Position numbers and translations under genes: made by a program
NCBI GenBank assembly: GCA_045105515.1
Contig: JBGCDR010000176.1
Span: 1 to 51,324 of the forward strand
Direction of reading: 5' to 3'
DNA length: 51,324 bases
DNA from: Oligoflexales bacterium
GTDB taxonomy: Bacteria; Bdellovibrionota_B; Oligoflexia; Oligoflexales; Bog-1112
The notes under the pieces: model-generated
What the model was told of the DNA's origin: nothing
The model's input: only the letters and a program-made list of their open reading frames with translations
Databases searched by the model: none
Shown here: positions 1-9,148 of the stretch, piece by piece
Numbering within the stretch: the stretch's first letter is position 1
Layout of the letters: each line of letters opens with the position of its first letter

Positions 1-133
1 AACTTAAGATTTTTCTCTTATTAGCTCTTAAACACATCTTAGGAAGGGGAATTTTGATGAAAATATTTTTTTCAAGCACAAATTTGTTTTGAATTCTGGA
101 CGGCAAGATTATTTTTGCATTTTCTTATTGAAT

Positions 134-355
134 TCAAGCAACAAGAATGTTTGAATAAATTTCTTTAACTTCATTAAAAGGTCGGTTTTCAGTGATTAGC
201 TGATGTTGAATAGGTGATTCTTTTGATAGATTGATACGTAACAAATCTTTATATAGAGCTTGCATCTGGATATCATCCAGGAACTCACCAGGTTTAAAAA
301 ATGTTTTAACTACGATATTCTTGCCAAATTTATCCGTACTTGTTTGCATAATCAT
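134..355 (-). pseudogene. Short 73-aa ORF, probably the truncated N-terminal remnant of a longer hypothetical protein
   Basis: AGGAG RBS upstream and protein-like sequence. Ends at TGA followed two codons later by TAA, with AT-rich, stop-rich DNA beyond. It could equally be a genuine small protein. Confidence 0.35.
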
Positions 356-901
356 ACTCCTAATTTGATTGTGATTCCTCTAAAATATTCAAATTAGGAT
401 TTATACGATTTTTATATTGACCAAAAATGTTGCTTTGATTGAGCCAAATTTTACAGACTCTTCGTCTTGAGCATTAAATAATTTAAAACTTATTCATTGT
501 ACTTGCTATCTAGTTAGTTAGATTGAAAAAAAAAAACTTCTAAACTTTCTTTTTCAAAGTTATTCTCATCAGACATTGACACTTGAATAGCACAAAAAAA
601 TTTCTAAGCTCTGTCCAAAAATCTTTTCGGCAATTTTTGGTAAAAATCGGCACTACAACATTGCCTAAAAAGCGTAAAAAACTATCCTTATCTCATACAT
701 TGAATACATTTTCATTCATTTAGCAGTGATAAGACACTATAATATTTATATAAATGATGGTTTTATGAATTGAATAAGGTTCGGCAGACCTTGCCGGTGA
801 AAATACTAAAAAAGAATAATAAAAGGCTGTTTTGCATTTTGATTTACTACCAAAAAATCAAATCTCTTTTAATCAGCCCCTTGAGTAAGAAAAGTCAGTT
901 A

Positions 902-2446
902 TTAGAGATTCTCAGATTGAGCTGCGGGAATATCATACCTAGTCAAAATATCAGGCCCATCTCTTTCTGCTACATCTCTATCCAAGACAATCAGTCTTTT
1001 ATTTAACAACAGAATTTTTTGGAAAAGACCTTCATTTTGTTTCAACAATTCAATCATATGTTTCAAATTTTTTACCTCTACTCCATTGACTTCTTTAACA
1101 ACCTCACCGTCGAAACTCTCATACCCTTCATTAGCTTCAGCTTGGAGAACCTGACTTAAAATTACTATCTCTTGATCAGCTTCTTTTTTCTCTTTATTGA
1201 GATAGCCTAACATATCAAGAGAAATGTTACCTGTCAGACATCCTCCTACTAATGGTTGAAATACACAGCCTCCATAAATGTAGTAAGTAGGTTTTTGATC
1301 ATAGTTAAATTTTTCTACAAGCTCGGTTGTCTTACGATCGGCTGTTAGTTTTAGCTCAATATCAAGCTCCTCCCCATCTCTTAGGGTCTTTAGTTGGAGC
1401 GTATCATCCATAAAACTACTTCTGACAATATGTTCATAGCTGATTCTCAATTTTCCTGGAAAATCGTATTTCAAATCGTTGTCAACATGAGTTCCATTTA
1501 ATGATAAAACTACATCTCCTATTTGCAAGGCCCCTTTCGCTGGCGAAGTGGGCGCAATACCTGCTACTAACATGCCAGATTGATCGTCAGGAATCTTATG
1601 CATTCTTCTTAATGCTGGATTTTGAAGCTCCTGAAAGGTAACTCCTAGTACAGGGAAACCCCGATAGTCTCCATTTTCAACTTCCTTAACAAAATGCTCA
1701 ATGACTGGGGTTGGAATAAAATACGCAGTGTTTTGCAAGTCATCAGTACCTTGGAATGCAACCCCGACAACCATGTCATTTCTATCAAGAACTGGTCCTC
1801 CGCTGTTACCCGGATTAATCGGTGCATCAGTTTGAGTTAAAAGAAGCTCAGTACCGCTATGAACATAATCTTGAACTTCAGTTCTACCACTCAATCCACG
1901 GGTGACAGAAAGGCTTTCTCCACCTGCAGGATAACCATAGACGGTTATTTTCTGGTTCTTACTGATTTCACCAAACTCAAGGGGTTCAATGCCTTCAAAA
2001 AAGTCTGAGGAATTTTCTACTGTTAGTACTGCTAGGTCACACTCATGTCCGATAAAACTTACTTGAGCATTGAACTTTTTTGAGGTGTGTGGTTTTAAAA
2101 CCTGAATGAATGCACCATCAGCCACTACGTGGGCATTAGTCATGATATAAAGCTTATTGCCAATGCTTACAACAAAGCCTGACCCTGAACCAGCCTTCTT
2201 TTCAGGAGCATTCCATGGAGAACTGAAATCATAATCTTTTGATGTCACCATGATCTTGATTATGGAAGACTCTAAAGAATTTTGCTCATCAGATACTTTA
2301 CTGTAATCACCATCCTCTTCAGCATCTGACTCAGCACCCTGCAATATCGTTAACAGCTGATTCAAGTCGATGGTTTGCGTAGCTGCAAAAGAAGGTAGAC
2401 TCAATGCTAGACCTAATAAGACAGCAGAACTATATTTGACTATCAT
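902..2446 (-). CDS. Secreted HtrA/Deg-family serine protease with two PDZ-type domains (plant Deg2/Deg9-like architecture)
   Basis: Signal peptide; catalytic triad motifs TNAHVV, HECDLA and INPGNSGGP; PDZ region; C-terminal YYIYGGCVFQPL...EIVILSQVL segment typical of Deg2-like proteases. Confidence 0.9.
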   Translation of the reverse strand: MIVKYSSAVLLGLALSLPSFAATQTIDLNQLLTILQGAESDAEEDGDYSKVSDEQNSLESSIIKIMVTSKDYDFSSPWNAPEKKAGSGSGFVVSIGNKLYIMTNAHVVADGAFIQVLKPHTSKKFNAQVSFIGHECDLAVLTVENSSDFFEGIEPLEFGEISKNQKITVYGYPAGGESLSVTRGLSGRTEVQDYVHSGTELLLTQTDAPINPGNSGGPVLDRNDMVVGVAFQGTDDLQNTAYFIPTPVIEHFVKEVENGDYRGFPVLGVTFQELQNPALRRMHKIPDDQSGMLVAGIAPTSPAKGALQIGDVVLSLNGTHVDNDLKYDFPGKLRISYEHIVRSSFMDDTLQLKTLRDGEELDIELKLTADRKTTELVEKFNYDQKPTYYIYGGCVFQPLVGGCLTGNISLDMLGYLNKEKKEADQEIVILSQVLQAEANEGYESFDGEVVKEVNGVEVKNLKHMIELLKQNEGLFQKILLLNKRLIVLDRDVAERDGPDILTRYDIPAAQSENL

Positions 2447-2697
2447 AAGAACCCTTTTTAGTAAAAGACCAACAAATCTAGATAAAAATAGACTAGAGTA
2501 GTTACTATCTCTTATAACTTCTTGCTTTTATTTATCGATCGATAGGCACCATTAAAAAATGGCCAGGCCAATATAGAATACAAACTATAATTAAAATTGG
2601 TGTATAAATACAAGCGAAAATTTAAGAATGAGGACAAGTTATACACTGGAACAAATTTGATTGTCTTTTAGCAGATGGTGTAAGAGCTGCAAAGCTC

Positions 2698-3459
2698 TTA
2701 GCTTTGAGAACTTGGGTGAGTGAGGATTATAGGTTTCTTTTTAGTAATCACCATAGAGTGCTCAAACTGAGCAGAAAAGCTACCCAACTGATTAAGTAGA
2801 GCCCAACCGTCCTTGCTATCACTAACTAAGTCGGTGCCTGTAGAAAGAAAAGGCTCTATGGTAATGACCATATTTTCCTTGAGCCTGCGAGTTTCATCTT
2901 GCTTAAAATAACCGGGTATCAGTTCAGGCTCTTCATGGAGCTTGCGTCCCACCCCATGAGAACAAAGGTTCTTGATGATCTTAAAACCAGATTTTTTTGC
3001 TTCTTTTTCGATTGCTTTACCAATCACATTAAGTTTTTCACCGGCTTTTACAGCATCAATTGCCCGATTTAACGAACGTTTACATGCTTTACACAGTGCC
3101 TTTAGCTCAAGGGAAGCAGGTGCAACGAGTTTCGAACCACCTGTGTCAGCAAAGTACTGGTCCTTCATTGCTGACACATCAATATTCACAAGATCACCTT
3201 CCTTAAGTATAAGATCTTCCTTAGGGATCCCGTGTGCAGCTTCCTGATTAACACTGATGCAGGTTTCTCCAGGAAACTCATACATCAATCGTGGTGCGGA
3301 AACGGACCGATGCGACTTCAAAAAGTCTCCGCCCATGCGATCTAACTCTGCAGTCGATATTCCAGGTTCGACATGGGAAAGCATCATTTGTAAACAATCT
3401 GCTACAATAGACCCAATATGTAGCAATGCTTTTAAATCTTTCTGACCTTGAATGATCAA
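2698..3459 (-). CDS. map: Type I methionine aminopeptidase
   Basis: CISVN..AAHGIP, VNIDVS, DTG, HGVGRKLHEEP, TIEPF and AQFEHS motifs; TTG start overlaps the upstream stop. Confidence 0.95.
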   Translation of the reverse strand: MIIQGQKDLKALLHIGSIVADCLQMMLSHVEPGISTAELDRMGGDFLKSHRSVSAPRLMYEFPGETCISVNQEAAHGIPKEDLILKEGDLVNIDVSAMKDQYFADTGGSKLVAPASLELKALCKACKRSLNRAIDAVKAGEKLNVIGKAIEKEAKKSGFKIIKNLCSHGVGRKLHEEPELIPGYFKQDETRRLKENMVITIEPFLSTGTDLVSDSKDGWALLNQLGSFSAQFEHSMVITKKKPIILTHPSSQS

Positions 3460-4814
3460 GTCGGACTCCCTGCAAAAAAGGTCTGCATGACTTCTTTAGC
3501 ATAAAATAAATCAAGCGCTCCCATAGTCTCAGCACTTGAATGCATGGACCACATTGGAGTTCCCACATCAACAGCTAAACAATTAAGTTGTGCGGCTAGA
3601 ATTGGACCAATCGTACTTCCACAACCAATATCCTGTCGATTCACATAGTTTTGCACTGGCACTTTTGCTGCCTCACAAATACCTCTAAAAATTGCTGCAG
3701 ATTGTCCCGAAGTTGCATAGCGATCATTGGCATTGTCTTTTATCGCTATTCCTTTATTAATAAGCAACTTATGGTGAGGATCATACTTTTGAGGATGTGC
3801 TGGATGATAGGCATGAGCCATGTCAGCTGAAATGAGAAAGCTTTGACTAAATGCACGTTCAATTTGTTCACTCGGATTGTACTTTGGATGACTCTGACAT
3901 ATTCTTCTCAAAATATGAGGAAGAAAGGAAGATGCAGCACCCGAAGAAGTCTGCGAACCTGTTTCTTCAGCATCAAAGAAACCCGCTAAAAGAGTCTTAC
4001 TTGCAGGAATTGAACTACCTGCATCTGTGAGCCCCTTGTAGATTGCAAAAACCATCGCAAGGTCGTCATGGCGTGGACCAGTGATCAGCTCACCGTCAAC
4101 ACCCACCTGAACATGCGGAAAGTAGGGAGCTAAAGACAATTCAAATCCATCGACACCCTCACTAGACTGTCCAAGGCATTCCCAAAAACGTTTTTTCTGC
4201 TCATCTAGACTACCATCAACCGCAGCGACTGCCGAAAGCATAGTTTCGAAGTCTATCTTGCCAGACCTGTTTTTCTCACGATCCAGATGAATTGCAATAT
4301 CTGGAATAACCATCAAGGGTTTTTTTGACTGCACAAGGATTCTCTGAGGTACAGGCAACAAGGCCTCTTGATCAATCGTAATGCTATTACCCGACCTCGG
4401 TAACTTATAAACTGCTCCTGCAAGGTTCATAGGTCTGTCCAACCAAGTACGGGCAATTAGGCCACCATGATATTGGGTTAGTACTTGCAAGAGATTTTCT
4501 TTGGTAGCGAACGGGTTCAATCTGAGACGCAAGCTAGGGCTATCTGTATGAGCGCAAGCGAGATGAAAACCATTATTCTGCGGAGCAGTTTCGCCTACTT
4601 TGAAAGTCAGTAAGCTTTTTCCATCTCTGTGACAAACAAAATAACCTGCACCAATTTGCAGGCTCCAATCACTTGAGTCATCGAGCTCCTTAAATCCTGA
4701 CTGGCTCAAGGATACTTTCAAAGTTTCTACCACATGAAAGGGGCTTGGGCATTCTTCCTGAAATTTGCAATATTGCGATGCTAAATCGCGTACCTGTTTA
4801 TCATTACTTACCAT
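3456..4814 (-). CDS. M18 family (aspartyl) aminopeptidase
   Basis: SPFHVV, AHTDSP, TWLDR, FDAEETGS, SADMAHAYHP, GCGSTIGP and SMHS motifs; ATG at 4814 preferred to the overlapping 4844 start. Confidence 0.92.
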   Translation of the reverse strand: MVSNDKQVRDLASQYCKFQEECPSPFHVVETLKVSLSQSGFKELDDSSDWSLQIGAGYFVCHRDGKSLLTFKVGETAPQNNGFHLACAHTDSPSLRLRLNPFATKENLLQVLTQYHGGLIARTWLDRPMNLAGAVYKLPRSGNSITIDQEALLPVPQRILVQSKKPLMVIPDIAIHLDREKNRSGKIDFETMLSAVAAVDGSLDEQKKRFWECLGQSSEGVDGFELSLAPYFPHVQVGVDGELITGPRHDDLAMVFAIYKGLTDAGSSIPASKTLLAGFFDAEETGSQTSSGAASSFLPHILRRICQSHPKYNPSEQIERAFSQSFLISADMAHAYHPAHPQKYDPHHKLLINKGIAIKDNANDRYATSGQSAAIFRGICEAAKVPVQNYVNRQDIGCGSTIGPILAAQLNCLAVDVGTPMWSMHSSAETMGALDLFYAKEVMQTFFAGSPT

Positions 4815-4827
4815 GTTACTTTCCAGC

Positions 4828-5595
4828 CTATATAAAATATGCAAAAAATCCTAAAATGCCGCCAAAAACCCCTCCCCAAACTACCAGCCATCCTAAGTGA
4901 GTTCGGATCATTTCTTGGATGATATCCTTCACCATCTGGGGAGTAAGCTCATCGAGACGCTTTTGCACAATATCCTCTACTTTCTCGACAATACTATCAC
5001 TGTCAAAATACTGGGAAACTAAGTTCCGTAATGTTTTCTGAAACTCGGGGTTCTCGGTAAATTCTAATAAGGTTTCCCGCATTTTTTGAATAAAAGGTTC
5101 TTTCACTGGCTCGAGAGCCTGATCTCCCCCCACCAAAGCAAGCATTCCACCAAGAGGTGAAGATTTTACAGCAGAAATTAGCTTCTCATAGAGCAAGTCA
5201 TAATCAAGTCCATTGAGGACAGGTTGTAAAGATATATCATGATGATAGGAGTCTTCTTGTTCTGAAAAAAACCTTTTGACATTCTCCGAAGTAAAAAATT
5301 GGTTCATTATAAGACTCCTAATTCCCAGCTTAAACTCCTCAAATCGATTAGGAATGACTCCTGATCCATAGAGAAAAGGTACTTTTTCAAATAGCATATA
5401 AATGGCTAGCCAGTTCGTAATTGCACCCGACAATGCATAGAATCCAATGTTTTTTAATATATCTGGATATACTGGCGAAAAGTAGCCCAACACAGACACT
5501 AAGACAGCGACCCCATTTGTTACTAGGCTCTTGTTAACTTTAAATCCACTCCCGTAAGAGCCAAGAGATATTTTTGCTTGGTTTTGATCTAACAA
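4828..5595 (-). CDS. DUF445 family membrane protein
   Basis: ALSGAITNWLAIYMLFEKVPFLYGSGVIP and LTPQMVKDIIQEMIRTHLGWLVVWGGVFGG motifs. Confidence 0.85.
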   Translation of the reverse strand: MLDQNQAKISLGSYGSGFKVNKSLVTNGVAVLVSVLGYFSPVYPDILKNIGFYALSGAITNWLAIYMLFEKVPFLYGSGVIPNRFEEFKLGIRSLIMNQFFTSENVKRFFSEQEDSYHHDISLQPVLNGLDYDLLYEKLISAVKSSPLGGMLALVGGDQALEPVKEPFIQKMRETLLEFTENPEFQKTLRNLVSQYFDSDSIVEKVEDIVQKRLDELTPQMVKDIIQEMIRTHLGWLVVWGGVFGGILGFFAYFI

Positions 5596-5610
5596 TGCTC
5601 ACCCCATGTT

Positions 5611-6207
5611 TCAAAATAGCAGCTCAAAGCCAATATGAAGGGAGCGAGAACTAAATTCCTGCTGCTGAGCTCCCTCTTCGGTAAAAACTTCACGACTTGC
5701 GGCAAGCCCAAAAATCATTTTTGAAATAGGAACCAGCAAATACTTAGCTCCTATCACCACACGGCTGCCTGTTGCGCGAAACTGCACGACCTCTGCTGGG
5801 GATTCAAAGCGGTATGAACCAGTAGACTTTAGGGACTGCTTTACTTTAAAGACAAAGTCTAAAACCGAGGTAACAGAATAAAGGAAATTAATTTCGGCGC
5901 CAAGGGTCTCTAGGCTCGCATCTGCTGGCGGGGTTATGAACACCTCTTTGTTTATATTTAAGGCAGAATAGTTAAGACCTAAATGTACCGAGGGCACAAA
6001 GGGGATCGGATAGAAAAGTCCTAAGCTGGAAAGTTTTCCTTCAAGCTTTTTCTTAGTTCTAGTTCCAAGTTCGCCATCGTACCAAACCCAGCCTATTTCT
6101 ATTCGAGTGCCCACACTTGCAGAAGCATGTTTGCAAGCATAGCTAAACGTGCCAATTATCAGAAGAATCAATAAAATTGATAGCAATTTAAAACGTTGCC
6201 GAACCAT
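5611..6207 (-). CDS. Small outer-membrane beta-barrel protein
   Basis: GAGG RBS, signal peptide, alternating amphipathic strands and C-terminal Phe (HIGFELLF). Confidence 0.6.
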   Translation of the reverse strand: MVRQRFKLLSILLILLIIGTFSYACKHASASVGTRIEIGWVWYDGELGTRTKKKLEGKLSSLGLFYPIPFVPSVHLGLNYSALNINKEVFITPPADASLETLGAEINFLYSVTSVLDFVFKVKQSLKSTGSYRFESPAEVVQFRATGSRVVIGAKYLLVPISKMIFGLAASREVFTEEGAQQQEFSSRSLHIGFELLF

Positions 6208-6334
6208 GCTAATACCTCATGCCAGTAACTAGCATATTTGCAATCATGGAAATGGTTTGAAAAGACTATTTAAAAGAATATGCTAACAGGGTCAGCATAA
6301 AACCAAAAGTGATTCTACTTAAAAAAGGTGGAGA

Positions 6335-7156
6335 ATGGATACTCTAGCAGGCAAAACATTATTTATAACAGGAGCTAGTCGGGGAATTGGAAAAGCTATT
6401 GCTCTTAGAGCCGCAAAAGATAAAGCAAATATTATTATTGCTTCGAAAACAACAGAGCAACACCCAACGCTACCTGGCACAATATACACAACAGCAGATG
6501 AGTGTGAAAAAATCGGGGGTAAAGCACTACCTTTGAAACTTGACGTCCGGAATGAAAACGCTATACAGGAAACTGTAACAAAAGCTATAGACCACTTCGG
6601 TGGTATAGATATTCTTATAAACAATGCATCTGCCATTTTCCTCAGCAAGACCATCGAAACCCCCATTAAACGATATGACCTCATGCATCATGTCAATGTT
6701 AGGGCTACATTTATCTGTTCTCAGGCATGTATTCCTGCACTACAAAAATCAGAAAACCCTCATATACTTAACCTATCCCCTCCCCTTAATTTAAATCCTA
6801 AATGGTTCAAGAATCATGTTGCTTACACAATGACTAAATATGGGATGAGTATGTGTAGCCTAGGTATGGCAGAAGAGCTCAAGTCACTTGGAATCGCAGT
6901 CAATTCCCTTTGGCCATATACCATAATTGCAACTTCAGCTCTAAGAGCTACCGGCGAAAATTCCATCGAACAGCATGCAAGAACTCCCGAAATTATGGCA
7001 AATGCTGCCCATATCATTCTGACTAAGAACTCTCGCGAATGTACAGGAAATTTCTTCATTGATGAGCTCCTTTTGCGTGACCACAATGTGACAGACTTTG
7101 GACCATATGCAGTAAAAAAAGGTGAAGCATTACAAAAAGACTACTTTATCGATTAA
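6335..7156 (+). CDS. Short-chain dehydrogenase/reductase, HSDL2-like
   Basis: TGASRGIG, HPTLPGTIYT, NNASAI, NLSPPL and YTMTK (YxxxK) motifs. Confidence 0.92.
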   Translation: MDTLAGKTLFITGASRGIGKAIALRAAKDKANIIIASKTTEQHPTLPGTIYTTADECEKIGGKALPLKLDVRNENAIQETVTKAIDHFGGIDILINNASAIFLSKTIETPIKRYDLMHHVNVRATFICSQACIPALQKSENPHILNLSPPLNLNPKWFKNHVAYTMTKYGMSMCSLGMAEELKSLGIAVNSLWPYTIIATSALRATGENSIEQHARTPEIMANAAHIILTKNSRECTGNFFIDELLLRDHNVTDFGPYAVKKGEALQKDYFID

Positions 7157-7369
7157 CACTAAGACATTGATAATATTTAAAATAGACAGCCCGCAGCATA
7201 AATTAATATATTTTTTAAAAATCATATAAATCTATAATTCATTATCATGATTTTAATGAATTATAATAAAATTATAGACATGAAAATTGTTGTAAGTTAG
7301 CCTTAAAATCCTGTAAAGCGGGAGGACCTGACGACTTTAAATAAATATATAAATAGATGGTTTTAATTT

Positions 7370-8725
7370 ATGCTTTCTACTCATCAAAAAATGAATATCT
7401 CTCCTGAAATTGATAAAAAGTACCGGTATTGGAGGATGCGAATTTTTGCCTCTATTTACTTGGGTTATGCAACTTTTTATTTTACCCGCAAGAGTTTTAC
7501 TTTTGCCATGCCCGCCTTAATAGACGATTTAGGTTATAGCAAAGCTGACCTGGGGATACTGGCTAGCATACTCTATATCAGTTATGGCATCAGCAAATTT
7601 ATCAGTGGAATTCTATCAGATCGAACAAACCCAAGATATTTTATGTCCATTGGATTAATTTTTACCGGCATTGCAAACATCTGCTTTGGTAACGCTTCAT
7701 CCTTAGTCTTTTTTGCTTTGTTTTGGGGCCTAAATGGATTTTTCCAAGGCTGGGGATTTCCACCATGTACTAAGCAGCTAACATACTGGTTCAGCAAGAA
7801 AGAAAGAGGAATGTGGTGGAGCATTTTGAGCACCGCAAACAATCTAGGAGGAGCATTAATACCTCTTCTTTCGGTCTTTGTTTTGACTAAGCTTGGCTGG
7901 AGATGGGCTATGCATATGCCAGGTATTATTAGCATTTTTATTGGAATCTTGTTACTAGCAAGCCTTCGAGGGATCCCCAGTACACTGGGCTTGCCTTCGG
8001 TGGAAGTGTATAAAGGAGAGCCGGAAGAAAATGCTACTGAACTGACAAATAAAAATGAAAGTGCACTTAGCTCGCTCTTCAACCATGTACTCAAAAGTAA
8101 ATCCATCTGGATACTAGCTATATCTTGCTTCTGTATCTATATCGTCCGTTCCGGAATCAATGACTGGATAGTAGTGTATTTGAACAAATACAAGGGCTAT
8201 CGTTTAGTTGAAGCTGCAGGAAGTGCATTTTGGTTTGAAATTGGAGGTTTTATTGGTTGCCTTGGAGCTGGATGGGGAACTGATCGTTTTTTTCAAGGCC
8301 AGAGAATTCCTTACATAATATTTTGTTCTTTAGGGCTGATTGCAAGCATTTTTTGTACTTGGTCTATACCAGGAAGCTCTATCATAGTAGAAAATGTCTT
8401 CTTATCTCTTTCTGGATTTTTTATTTTTGGTCCACAAGCTTTGATTGGTTTAGCTTCGGCAGAATTTGTCAGTAAAGAAATGGCATGCAGTGCATACGGT
8501 TTTACAGGAGGTGTTGCCTACTTAGGAGCTGCAGCTTCTGGATACCCACTTGGCAAAATCATTGACTTGTGGGGATGGGATGGTTTTTTTTGGAGCTTGC
8601 TTACCTGCTGTGGAATCTTGTTGTTGGTTCTCATACCTCTTCTAAAAGGGAATTCAGCATCGAAGTACCGCCAATCAATGATAGGGAATAAATCCTTAGT
8701 TCCTGCAAGCGGTTCTAAAGGCTAA
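7370..8725 (+). CDS. MFS organophosphate:Pi antiporter (UhpC/GlpT, OPA family)
   Basis: YRYWRMRIF..IYLGYATFYFTRKSF, YGISKF, NGFFQGWG, WFSKKERG and GFFIFGPQ motifs; about 12 TM segments. Confidence 0.88.
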   Translation: MLSTHQKMNISPEIDKKYRYWRMRIFASIYLGYATFYFTRKSFTFAMPALIDDLGYSKADLGILASILYISYGISKFISGILSDRTNPRYFMSIGLIFTGIANICFGNASSLVFFALFWGLNGFFQGWGFPPCTKQLTYWFSKKERGMWWSILSTANNLGGALIPLLSVFVLTKLGWRWAMHMPGIISIFIGILLLASLRGIPSTLGLPSVEVYKGEPEENATELTNKNESALSSLFNHVLKSKSIWILAISCFCIYIVRSGINDWIVVYLNKYKGYRLVEAAGSAFWFEIGGFIGCLGAGWGTDRFFQGQRIPYIIFCSLGLIASIFCTWSIPGSSIIVENVFLSLSGFFIFGPQALIGLASAEFVSKEMACSAYGFTGGVAYLGAAASGYPLGKIIDLWGWDGFFWSLLTCCGILLLVLIPLLKGNSASKYRQSMIGNKSLVPASGSKG

Positions 8726-8877
8726 CTGCATATTCAATAACACCTGTTTTCACCCCCAAGCATACCAGCACATCAAGCTAAATAAGCATCATATTATTAT
8801 AGGTCACATCATTAATTTATCTTTTTAATTTGGCAAAGTATGTTATTTACCAAACATAAAGCTCCACACCCAACTTT

Positions 8878-9096
8878 ATGAGAATAAGTATGAGCAGATA
8901 CCTAATTACCTTCGGACTCTTATTGATTGTTGGTGGCTTAGCTTGGCCTTTCTTAAGCAAATTAGGACTTTTTAGGCTTCCTGGAGACTTAATTATTAAA
9001 AAGGAAAGCTTTACGATTCACTTTCCCATCGTAACTTGTATCCTAATTAGCATAATTTTTTCAGTTTTTTTCTGGATCGTAAGGAACCTCCGCTAA
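8878..9096 (+). CDS. DUF2905 family small membrane protein
   Basis: RLPGDLII...FPIVTCILISII motif; two TM segments. Confidence 0.85.
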   Translation: MRISMSRYLITFGLLLIVGGLAWPFLSKLGLFRLPGDLIIKKESFTIHFPIVTCILISIIFSVFFWIVRNLR

Positions 9097-9148
9097 GCAT
9101 AGTTTCAAATAAGGGTTCTTTATTAAAAGCTAGGAATAGGAGTTTAGC

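Noticed and set aside
134..136. TGA readthrough (selenocysteine or recoding) of the first ORF
   Set aside because: An in-frame TAA follows two codons later, and TGA is used as a normal stop elsewhere in the window.
71..156. Mini CRISPR array (two ~24-nt palindromic repeats 62 nt apart)
   Set aside because: Only two degenerate copies, no third at the expected spacing, and no cas genes.
526..536. A11 homopolymer as a phase-variable site
   Set aside because: It lies in an AT-rich intergenic region with no clear promoter context.
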